Below, one piece after another: positions 53,242 through 64,000 of a stretch of 64,000 nucleotides of DNA. The stretch's first letter is position 1; the number at the start of each line of letters is the position of its first letter. The position numbers were made by a program, and so were the translations under genes. Source of the DNA: Bigelowiella natans CCMP2755 (Eukaryota; Protista; Cercozoa); assembly GCA_000320545.1 (NCBI GenBank), contig ADNK01000048.1:145931-209930 (forward strand). The letters run 5' to 3'. A model generated the notes under the pieces. The model made no database searches. It had not been told where the DNA came from and was given only the letters and a program-made list of their open reading frames with translations.

Positions 53242-55654
53242 TGCGTGTGTTTGTGCGGATGAGAATATTTATTTACTATTTTTAACATGAGGCGTAGCTT
53301 GAGATCAGCTTTCGAATCTTGAAAGACAAAACCGTTGCTCCAAGATTATTTGATAGACCACAAGGTGGGAAAATAGAGGCGCTCGCGTACTTCACCATCA
53401 TCATCATCATCGATTACAACCTATGCCAGCAAGTGGAAAGGTATCCGTCTATATATTGGTCATTATCGAATGAGATGATATGAAGCTCTATCTCTTCGTC
53501 CAGTGACTGTTGGGGGGAGGGGATGAGGAGAAGCCAGTCGATGATCAGAGGCTCGATTTTATCGTTGCAAGCTGGCCGCGTATTTAAGACTTGTTATCAT
53601 AATTACATATAGTTTCAGCGGGGAGACACAATCGTTCACGTTTATCGAAACGTTGACTTTGTTCCGATCGTAAGCCGTGAAATGGTGTTGCAGGTAGTCT
53701 ACTGTCCGCATCAAGTCCGAGCGAAGCATCGAAACCTTTTCCATTGTCAGCAGGACAATCAAATGTGTGATTAGTCCAACAAGAGACTACTGCCAAATGG
53801 AACCGTTCACAAATCTATCACAGATATCTATACTGCGACACAGTCCTCGCGCTGCATCAAAGGTTGCCGAGGATAATCGACAAATTCGAAACGTTTATCA
53901 TCTCCCTGCTGTCTTCGGTTTTAACGGTCTTAACCTTGTTTTTGTATACATATCTGATGGGTATTACCTGAACGACTCTCTCTCCGTCTCTATCAAAGGG
54001 CCTGCGTCCCCTTGACTTTGATAGCGCCATTAACGTGCTTCCAGACATCCACCAAGTACCTGTTACTACCTATATGGAGATGATGCAATGATGATGACAA
54101 AATCAGATAGGGCACTCTTCAATATATCCAGCTCCAAGACCTGTCTATTCATCCAAGAAATTTCTCAGCGGCTACTATAAAGGCCTTGCTATCTTCATCA
54201 TTACCATGATCATCGTCATCACCACCACCACCACCACCACCACCACCACAACCACCACAACCACTGTTTCCGTTGTCGTCGCGAACACTAATCACGAATT
54301 CCTTCCTTACTTGCGCTTGGTCAAATATCTTCGTCATCGACTCTAATAGGACGATTGCAGCCTGTTGCTTTTCTTTCGATGCGGGCTTTATCTCCCAGAT
54401 GTCCCATATGATCTGCATGAGAGCGACAAAGTTAGCAGCGACGGGCGCCTACAAAAACCGCAAACGAGGCTTCCTGTGAAAACTGCAACAAAAATTCAAC
54501 CATTCTTCGTGTATTGCAGCTTAGATTTACCAAAGAAGACACGGTGATGTAGAGGACGAGGATGGACCTAGAAGAGGAACATTGAATGATCACTGTTAGA
54601 TCAATTTAACGAAGTTGACAACACGATGCATCTTCCGGCTCACTAGTAATAAATAGCCTCCAGGAGCTCGGTTTCGTGACACGTACAATTGACATGACTT
54701 GCAAAGGAAAATCCAGGCAATCTTACCCCATCCATAGTATTTCCGGTGCGGAGGAAAGTAGGAAATCTCGGTAACACTTAATCACGCGAAACCTGGCACG
54801 CCGGGACGTGGCCTTCGCCGACCCCATGACGGAAGACGCGAATACTGACTAACGCATGGTGATTTTAACCTGCGACAACGGAATATATCGAGATATTATG
54901 TCATTAAGTCCGAGTGGGAGGTGATGTCGTATCACCTTAACGCCCTGTGTTTACATATTTAATGAATAAATCCCGGTCGTAGCGAAGTGTGATGGCCGTA
55001 GTACGGGTAGCGGCGGCGAGCGCATGCTACTATGGGACTTCACCTACTGAATGTCCACCCGGTCTCCGCCACCCGCCAACATTCTAGCATAAAGAACTTT
55101 CATTGGTACATTCGAAAAGGTTGGCGAGCTGGCAGTGTCAGGGCGTCGTTCGGTGGAGTACAGAATGTGATCACTGCTAATTTTGCACATCATTCGTCGC
55201 ATTAACGTCGACCCACCCAGACATGGTCTCCTCCGCGCTCTCGTAAGTACCCCTGTTAAACATACGTCCAAATTTCCCGCAAAATTGTGCATGGTCGAGT
55301 TCACACACACATACGCACACAAAAATAGGTATGCAGTGTGGTAGTTGTTGCTGGGTAAGGGTAGAGAGGACTAAAAGACGGCGCTGAAACAAGACGAAGG
55401 AGCATAGAGATAGACTATGTACGCTTTTCCACTTCTCGTATGTATAAATTAATGTTAATATGTGCATATATGTATACATGGTATATACATTTCTTTTGCT
55501 TCTTCCCAATGATTAAAAAAACTTGGCTGAGTGCTTACATTGAGGACAAACGCCATAACTTTCCATCACTTCTGAGGGGGATATCATTATTGCTTGCACG
55601 GAACGAATAGTAATCATATGTCTACCGATCGCAGCCCACTTTTCTCACCATTCA
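51550..55654 (-). CDS. Multi-exon hypothetical protein (helical segments, Q-rich tail); boundaries uncertain
   Basis: Chain of AG/GT-bounded open segments, e.g. APVAANFVALMQIIWDIWEIKPASKEKQQAAIVLLESMTKIFDQAQ, IVLLTMEKVSMLRSDLMRTVDYLQHHF, SLDEEIELHIISFDNDQYIDGYLSTCWHR. No family recognised. Confidence 0.45.
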
Positions 55655-56542
55655 TTGATCAAGTCTCCGATCCATCCCCCTTCCTCAGGAGGCTGGTGAG
55701 GCCCTGTTCCTCCATGACTTCTCCGAAACAATTGGAACTGACTCTTTGACTCCGGGGATAGACGCGGTCTTGACTGAGCTGCTTCTCACTGACGGTCTCA
55801 GAAGTTGGATCCAATTGTGTAGAGGAAAAGTCTCAGTGAACGGTTCCGAAAATCGGTGGGCTCCATGTCATCGTCCTCGAAACCGTGCATTGACTAGAAG
55901 TCGTCCAACCTGAACGATGTGCAGTCATTCTAGAAGGCGATCATGGTCTAGGCATGTAGCATTTGAGCCAACACACGCATGCATGTGTGCATAAGTGTGT
56001 CATATTCGAGTCATTCGTAGGTAGCGAGATCGTGAGCAACGCAAGAGATGGAATCAGTCAAGTGCCCGATCGGCTTGCTTTCATTTACTATTGTACTCTC
56101 AAATTATAGAAAATCAGAAACGCTCTGGTATGCATTTGTGCAACTTGACGCACTACATGCATCGCACAGCTGCTAATTGTGCATCTAGATGTACGTCCAA
56201 CAATTTAAACATTTCATTACATCCGTCTCACACATATTCCAAGGCAATGCACATTCCGTTGATAGATGCATCCGCTTATTATTGGTTCGCCAATGCCGCA
56301 CATAGTGCAGCAAAATTGCCAGCTCATGACCTTAAGACTAATTCATGCCTCACTGCATGCGGCCTCGTGCATGGCGATACACCACCTTCTAGCCTTCCCC
56401 ACGTGCAAACAATCTGAAGTCAGCAAGTTTATATATAAGTTAGCACTAGAGCCGCCAGCACAAATAATAGAGGATCGGAGGCTCACGAAGACCATGACTT
56501 GCTTGTAAGTACACAAAAAATGCAACTATAATGCAATGTGCT

Positions 56543-58022
56543 CTATGTGTGAGACTGCGATTCTAGTAGCTCAATAATAGCTTCTGCAAATGCACTTCCA
56601 GCGTTGTAAAAGAAAAAAGGGCTTCCTAGATAATGATAGGGACGATCACTTCCAAACTTCGCCCATTTTTTTGGATTCGTTCTCCATGTGGCAAAAGCTT
56701 CCTCTGCTTCTTCGTCCCAAAGCTCCGCTGTTGATACTGTTCTGACAGTATTCAGAAAGTCCTCATGCTGGCTTACTGCAATTTGAGCTTCTGTGATTTT
56801 GTTCGGACCATGCTCTCTCATTTTTTTTAGTCCCCCTACTCCAAGCGCGCCGATCACGAAGGGCAGGTTTGGCTGTTTCAAGTCAGACCGGACATCTCTA
56901 ATAAAAAAATAGCGTAATGTATCATGAAACAATCAATACAAATTGTATCTAAAAGAAGCTTTTGAAGGGCAACAGTTGATATCTGTTGTAAAAAGTATTG
57001 CGCCAATGAGAAGCGAGGTAGATTTACTTTGTGATCAAAATCAATCGGAGGCGACTACAGCAGCTTAAACTTACGATTATTCTCCAAAAAATAGATGCTG
57101 ACCTGATAAAATTGATGAGATTTTCTCGGTAATTGTTTCTGGCATAATCTGAGAACTGGTCATTCCAGCCTTGGAACCACACAAACCCCATGACTTCATA
57201 TCGGGTTGGGATCAACTTTCCTTTGCCATCGGTCCCTTGGCTACTTACAGGCTGTAGGATCGAGCTGTAATTCATCAGCGTGGTCGTGATGTGATTCATC
57301 ATGTTCTGATAGTAAACTCCAAATGTCTTTTTGTAGTCTTCCATTGACAGGCCCTTATAGTGCCCTTGATGCTCTTCCTCCATAAAATCCTCTGTAGGAA
57401 AGGCTGCAGATGGGCTTTTGAAGTCACGGTAGAGAGATTTTCCGCCCCATGCTGCTTTGACTAACAGCACACGGTCGTTCTTATGGTACTTTGCAATCTT
57501 ATGTCCGAACGCAAACTCAGGTCCGATTTCGTTGGAACTTCCTCCGAAACCGACACTCAGCGGCCCGGAGACGACTTTACCGTCTACTACTGCGTGGACG
57601 TACACGTTGTCATTGTTAGTCCACCCAGAATTATTCCCCATGCGGAACTGGGCCCATCGCTTACGGGTGTGGCTCATATCCAGCTGATTCTCCATGACGC
57701 TTACCTTTGCATGTCCAACCTTAAGTGCGGGTTATTATTGTAAATTCAGAGAAGTTGACGAGGAAAGGCTGGAGACATGACTCAGTGACCGACTACGCAC
57801 CATGTTGCTCTGACCACAGAGAATGTAGACTTTAAGCGCGGTGGTGGAAAAAGAGGGATGGGTCTCTCCCTCACCCTCCTCCTCAAAGATTACTACATTG
57901 TTTTTCTTATCCAGTCCCTCGATAGATGCGTTTTGAATCAAGAAGAACAAGTGTATGGAGATTATAGAAGCCACAATTGCTAGAGAAAACTGGACAACTC
58001 GTCCCTTCCTCTCACTCACCAT
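56543..58022 (-). CDS. Membrane-anchored SGNH carbohydrate/sialate O-acetylesterase (SASA/DUF303, CE6-like)
   Basis: N-terminal TM; KVYILCGQSNM|VGHAK; IGPEFAFG; LLVKAAWGGKSLYRDF; GFVWFQGWND; RDVRSDLKQPNLPFVIG; SDRPYHYLGS. Confidence 0.9.
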
Positions 58023-58500
58023 TGTAAAACCCGGACAAATGGCGTTTGCTTCATGATTGGAGATCACGATGTAGCGGTCCTTTATCAGACCGTTTTATTC
58101 TTCCAATTCATGGCGCCCAGTATAACCACAGCAAACTAATCGCATAACAATCGCACTGCTGCCTCCCCTCCCCGTGCACTAAAGACGAATGACCGGTAGG
58201 AGAATGTACAGGCCTGTAGGCTGTACTCCGAAAAATTATTTTTAAAAATCTTATTTTTATTTTTTCGGTTGGATATTCTTCGCTTGCACCTGCAGACGAC
58301 CTGGAATCACCGAGAATGACGGCCGGTTTTTTTTTATTTTTTTGTTACTTTTAATTTCCATGGCCATGGGAAGACGGAGATATGGTACGATGTTTTCGGC
58401 TTAATATATGGATTTGCGAGTCCCACAACCCAGCCTCGATCAGCCTCCCCTCCTCCAAGTCTGCTGAGAGCGGCAGCCACTCCGACTACGCTTAGAATCT

Positions 58501-60357
58501 ATGTCACTAGTGCTACTGCTGCTGGCTCTAACTGGGGGCGCTGTTGCGAAGAAGAAAGCGAATTCCTTCGCCTCATGCGAGGAAATCACCGCTAGCGATG
58601 CCCTCTTCATTGTGGGTCGGTTCTCATCTTTTGTCGATCGTTCGAAATGAAAGATGACCGATCGTTCGGAATGAAAGATGACCGTTTTCCTGCTGCTTTT
58701 GCCTCGCAGATTTACAGAACGATTTCATGGAGCCCTTTCCTGTCCCCAACCCCGATAAGCAGAAACCGAACTACGACATCTCGAAGAACGTAATTCGAGC
58801 GAGTAGATGTGCCATTTGTAGTTTCCGATCTCAGAGATCATTTTTATATATAATTTTGGTTCAAAGCTGGATGATGACGGGAAGATAATGGCTGGATCCT
58901 TGGCCGTGGATGGATCCTCTGAAATTGTGGAGCCGATCAACGCGTACGAGCCTCATTTACTGTTCGATACAAAAAACAGCTAACACCAGTGATCCCGTCC
59001 TCCCTGCCCCCCCCTCCTTCCTCTATGCGGCCCCTTTCATTTTTATCGCAGTTGGATTTCCTACTTCTTGAAGCATGGCGGGAAGATCTTTGCTTCGCTA
59101 GATTGGCACAAGGTCGACTTTGTACTGAAGAGACAAAGCAAAGGGAGCAAGCAGACTGTGAAGGAGGGAAGGGGGTAGTAGTTGACTGCGGTAAGATAGA
59201 TCGTAATGGTGTGCGCAATGTTGTTTGTTCTCAGGAAGATCACTGCTCCTTCTGTCGCAATGGCACAAAGGCGTCCAACCCGACCGGTGAGAAAGAGAGG
59301 GAAAGAGATTCGTGGGGATGGGAGAGAGGGAAGCAGGGAGAAATCTTAAGACGTTCGAATGATGTGTACTTATTATCGTCCCCACCACAAAGGGTACAAG
59401 CCACATGGAGGGGTGTGTGGCCCTCTGCCGCAGCAAGGTCGTTGTGATGCAGTAGTAGCGATGTGACCAAAGAGGAATGAAGATCATGCGTTGTCGTAGT
59501 AGTTCCAATGCAATTGTCATTAGTTGAGAGTTCTGGTGATGTTCACGATGATGATGCAGCAACTCCGAAAGGCGTTATTGTTTTGCATCATCAATTTTGA
59601 TGATTTGATAATGTGTGCGACATCGTCGACCTGATCGCATTAAACCCACGAACAACCAGTACCATCGCCACCATCTTCTCACCACCCCTTCACCCCCCTC
59701 CTGCAGCATTTAACGATTCTGGACGCTGCGTTGACCGAGTAGCAAAGGTAGAGACTAGTTGTTGTTGTTGCTACTGTTTCGAAGCAGTATTTTGTACTAG
59801 TGGAGGTACTTATTTGTATTTTCTGCTGCTTCTTCTTCTTTTTCTTCTTCTTCTTCTTCTTCCCTCTCTCCCATCCCTCCGCTCTTGTTTTTCTCTCTTC
59901 CTCCTCCGTGTCACCATGGGCGTGCATTCACAGGCGGATTATCGTAGAGGCTCACTTATGCAATGGCCCGATCACTGTGTGATGGTAGTTGCACCATTAG
60001 TACTACTTCTACTTACTACTATTGATATTATTGGTAGTAGTAGTAGTAGCTGTAGCTGTAGCTGTGGTTGTGGTTGTGGTAATAAAATGAGAGACTCAAA
60101 GACGATGATGATTGTCTACGAAGTGCACCAGTATTAAGTCGATGTACAATCACGGGATGCATGATTCGGCCATCATCCTATTCTGTGCGTCGTCGTCATC
60201 GTTGTGTTTACAACATACAGCAAAGGTTTGGTAGCCGGTTTCAACCCTTTTTGAAGATCCCCGGTGATGCTGTTGTAGTCAAGAAGGTCAGTCAGCCTTG
60301 TTCAAATATGATGATGATCATCATGATAATGAGAAGGAGGAGTGACTTCTGCGCGTA

Positions 60358-60396
<39 letters not shown>

Positions 60397-61310
60397 TTTT
60401 GTAGAAACGGTTTACGTTCATAATGTTGCTGTATTCCGGTGTTGTCGTCCTCATCACCAAGTCTTTCTTATGCTTTTTTTTGTGTGACTCTTGCATTGTT
60501 TGACTGCGTTTGTTGCCGCTTTTCTTTCACTTTAACGACAAGGGATGGGATCCGCTGCGAGACACTTACTCCGCCTTTGGAGGTAGTATCATGTATAATA
60601 ACAACGACAACAACAGCAGCATATAGACTAAAGTGCACTGAATGCAAAAAGCCAACAATGCAAGTTTTTGTGGGGTGACGATGCAGCACACAAACAGCGA
60701 GAGGAGGAGGGAAAGCGGACGCGGTGTAGTGTGTCCCAACATCGAGGACCGACCCGCAAAAACAACGAAACAACGATCTGTATGCTAAACACCACCCCCC
60801 ACAAAACCATCCACAAATCATGGTACCGCTGTGTTGATTTTGATGCGTCATTGCTTTTCTTATTTTTAGGCACAGAGAGTAAGGAAAAGTACCCTTTTGA
60901 CATGGAGGACACCATGGCCAACCTTGTAATAATAGATACGGAACATATCTAGAGTTGATCATAAAGAGGAGGGAGCAGAGAGCCCCCCTCTCTCCATGAA
61001 GAATACTGCAGTAATTCGTATTATGATTTTTTTTTAATTACTTGCTTGCTCGGTAGGAGGCGAGAAACTCGCTTGAGGAGCTATTGACGCAGCACAACAT
61101 TACAAGATTCTGGTTTGTGGGTGTAAAGGGGGGGGGTGGGAGGAAGAGGGAAGAGGGGAAGTTTCGTGATCATCATCATCATTATTATCTCTATCATCAT
61201 CTTTATCATTATCATCATCATCATTGTCAGGACCGTGGGCTTGGCGCTTGACTTTTGTGTTGGTGGAACGGTGTGTTGCTATGTCAATGCATGCACACAC
61301 GCAAACACGC

Positions 61311-61347
<37 letters not shown>

Positions 61348-62019
61348 TATATTTATATTTATATATTTGTAGTATTCTTACAAAAATCATCATTCCATCC
61401 CCGCAATCAATTTGATGTGCAGCTATTGGACGCGCTGGGTAGGAACAACGACACCCAACGCCCGAGGCCACCGGTATGTAATCACGATCATTCCAGCTCA
61501 TTCTCATCTCACCAATGCTACTCTGACTGACATAACCATCGTCTTGTTTGCTCCTATCATGCCGGCACCATTGCTCATCACTTGATGGTGAAAGACTGTT
61601 GGGAATGCCATTCTGATCCAGCCGTGCACACGTGCTGTAAGTCCCTCCACAACAGGAAAAGCGTATCTAGAGAAGATCAGAAAGGTTGCATCTCGTGATG
61701 ATGTATGGGTGTGTGTATGTAGGTACCATTATGTGTAAGGGGGGGGGGAAGGGGGGGGGAGGGGGGGGAGGTGGAGGCTTTGAACAGCAATTTGCTAAAA
61801 AGGACATGTGGCAATAGCAAATATTTAACCCTTCGCGTGTGATTCCTACTAAGTAACATTTCATAAGCTGCTTTCCGAATAAGTCCACACACACACACAC
61901 ACACAACCGTAAGTTAATCGATCGATCGATTTCAGGCTGGTGGGATCATCACGGATAAGATCACCCCAGAATCCGCCATCAAAGACGTCTGTTCCCGTAC
62001 TTGTTCTTTCGAAGAATAA
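58501..62019 (+). CDS. PNC1: Nicotinamidase/pyrazinamidase (PncA/PNC1, isochorismatase family) with N-terminal signal peptide
   Basis: Not visible in the ORF track because exons are tiny. Spliced: MSLVLLLLALTGGAVAKKK; ALFIV|DLQNDFM; GSLAVDGSSEIVEPIN; ASLDWHK|EDHCSF; WPDHCVM; VVKK|GWDPLRDTYSAFG; TVGLALDFCVGGT; stop TAA 62017-62019. Confidence 0.92.
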
Positions 62020-62736
62020 CAGGGATGGCAGCAGCACGCAACGTGGTGTGTAGTTCCCGCCAAGCTGTGGTACTTGTGGGCGGATGTGACGTTGCATCAT
62101 GATGGGCAAACATTATTCATCGCTATCGTAGCAAATGAGCGCAGCAACAACTACAACAACGTGTACAAGAAAGTACGTTGAGCGCAGCAACAATGAGTAG
62201 TATACTATCGACTGATCTTCTACGATACATGTACTGTACGACGCGTCACATGCTAGCATGCATGATGTTTACAAAGATTCGTAGAATGACCGACACAGTA
62301 AATACGACGGCAGCTCGCCATTCTAGCACTGATGAACGCGCAATGATGCATGATGCATTTCATATTCACGCTTCAGCGATAATTAATAATGAGATGTCAT
62401 AGCGCACGAGCAAGCAAATGCTGTGGACGCCTGCCGCGCAGGCGAATTGCTTGCGCTTGCATAAGTCATGGGCCTATCTTAGCTAACACAACTAGGCAAC
62501 TCGCATGCATGCTACAGTAGTCTAGAAATGCACATACACTAAAATGCACAATGTACATTATGATGTCTATCTATGAAACATTGTTGCATGCTAGCAAGCA
62601 TGCGATCGTTTGGACGATACTAAGCATAGCTACGATACTTTCATAATATCACGTTTGACAGGTATTGTAGGCGGCCACATGTCGTCAATGTGCTATTACA
62701 TGTACCTTTAAATCGACGGGTGTAACATATCACGAG

Positions 62737-63785
62737 CTAGCATTGTTGTGGGTCTTCCACGCAGGCGCTATACTTGGAAATCAACCTTCGTGAGATCGAT
62801 ACAGCGGCTGGGACTGCGAGGGCGGTGTTGTCGTTGTCACCAGTATCATCATCGTTATCAATTCTTTGGCCGCCAATAATACCATAGTTCGTGCTACCCT
62901 CTCTATCCAGTTTTCTAGTTGTAGCAGTTGATGACGATGCAGATGACAGAGCAGCTACATGTTTGACCTCATCATACGCGCAGAGAGGGTACCTTGAATT
63001 TACCACGGATGATGCACACAAGCATTGTTATTTTCCACAGCCCTCTACTGCTTATATCTAGCACTATATACATTTACATAATGGTTGACGGTGGTGGCCA
63101 ATCTACCCACCTTCTAGCTCCAAAATCGTGCGTCCATTGGTATGACCACTCCGCCACGCGCTTAATATAGGACGTCTTGTTGAAGGATGCAGAAGTTCCT
63201 TCTCCTGCAATATCCATGGCCGAGCATGAGTCGTCGTCGCCACCGCAGAAGTCCTCCATATATTGGTCGATGTAGCACTTGGTGCGACCCCTGTAAAAGC
63301 TTCCAACGAGACCTAGGTGAGAGTTGTTGTTGTTGTCAGAGGAGAAGGAGGGAGGTTTTCCATCTTCATCATTCATCACTATCGTCGTCGTTGTATCATC
63401 ATCATCATCATCATCATCATCATAGCCATCGCCCTTCTCAGGGATCCCCTTGCATCATCATATATCGATCGGTTCTTGTCTTGTTGTTGTTCGTCTGCTT
63501 CGTTTGCGAACGAGGAAAATCGTTCATTTTTCATCGTGGAGGAGTGATGAGATTGGGTCGTCATCCTTACCTCCCCAGTGCTTGTTCGCATAATCAACGA
63601 TTCCAGTGAGCTGTGTAGAGCCCTTTTGCTGCGGTTCCCACGTCGTTGGCTATTTACGATTCACGCAACACGTCTCTCTAAGAGCTATGTATGCGTGTGT
63701 ACTGCGTATGCACCTCTCGCTGATAATAATTGTGGTGAGCGGTGCTATGTTAGCCCACCTGACTCCTCGCGTTGAGTTCAAAATA
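62737..63785 (-). CDS. NAGLU: Alpha-N-acetylglucosaminidase (GH89), C-terminal exons; gene continues beyond the window
   Basis: YFELNARSQ|PTTWEP..IVDYANKHWG|GLVGSFYRGR..FNKTSY..EWSYQW..|YP..ISRRLISKY matches the NAGLU C-terminal motifs NARxQxTxW and DYAxKxWxGL. Confidence 0.88.
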
Positions 63786-63814
63786 GCGCCGAATATCGTC
63801 TATTTAGTACATAG

Positions 63815-63925
<111 letters not shown>

Positions 63926-64000
63926 GTGTGTATATGTATGTATATATCTTCCAACTTAAAAACAATCACCATCATCATCATCATCATCACCGTGTGATCG

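Noticed and set aside
55570-55690. Polypurine-tract-like GAGGGGGA / GAGGAAGGGGGA suggesting an LTR element
   Set aside because: No LTR pair, PBS or gag/pol remnants seen; also readable as 5' gene sequence.

Overview
Intron-rich eukaryotic nuclear DNA, probably protist. Short GT-AG introns packed with microsatellites and tight gene spacing are reminiscent of a chlorarachniophyte/rhizarian genome, but this is not provable here. I reconstructed about 15 protein genes by hand, mostly in alternating orientation: CSPP1/CCDC66-like coiled-coil protein, FLZ-like zinc-finger protein, CFIm25/NUDT21, Sulfotransfer_2 sulfotransferase, an orphan ORF, HRQ1 helicase, EF-hand/WD40 protein, type I membrane EF-hand protein, Ser/Thr kinase, acylated zinc-ribbon/EF-hand protein, dual-specificity phosphatase, ECHDC3, an unknown gene, SASA/DUF303 acetylesterase, signal-peptide nicotinamidase and the 3' part of NAGLU. 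There is also one tRNA-Lys(TTT). The most striking signal is non-coding. Several intergenic tracts (best: 45227-46238; also 6027-6497, 36505-37017, 55619-55991) have lost almost every TpA dinucleotide except those in CTA or TAG context, and appear rich in CpA/TpG. This is the footprint expected of a region-targeted, context-specific TpA->CpA/TpG (A:T->G:C) hypermutation process, i.e. the reverse direction of fungal RIP. Exon boundaries and dinucleotide counts were read by eye and are approximate.
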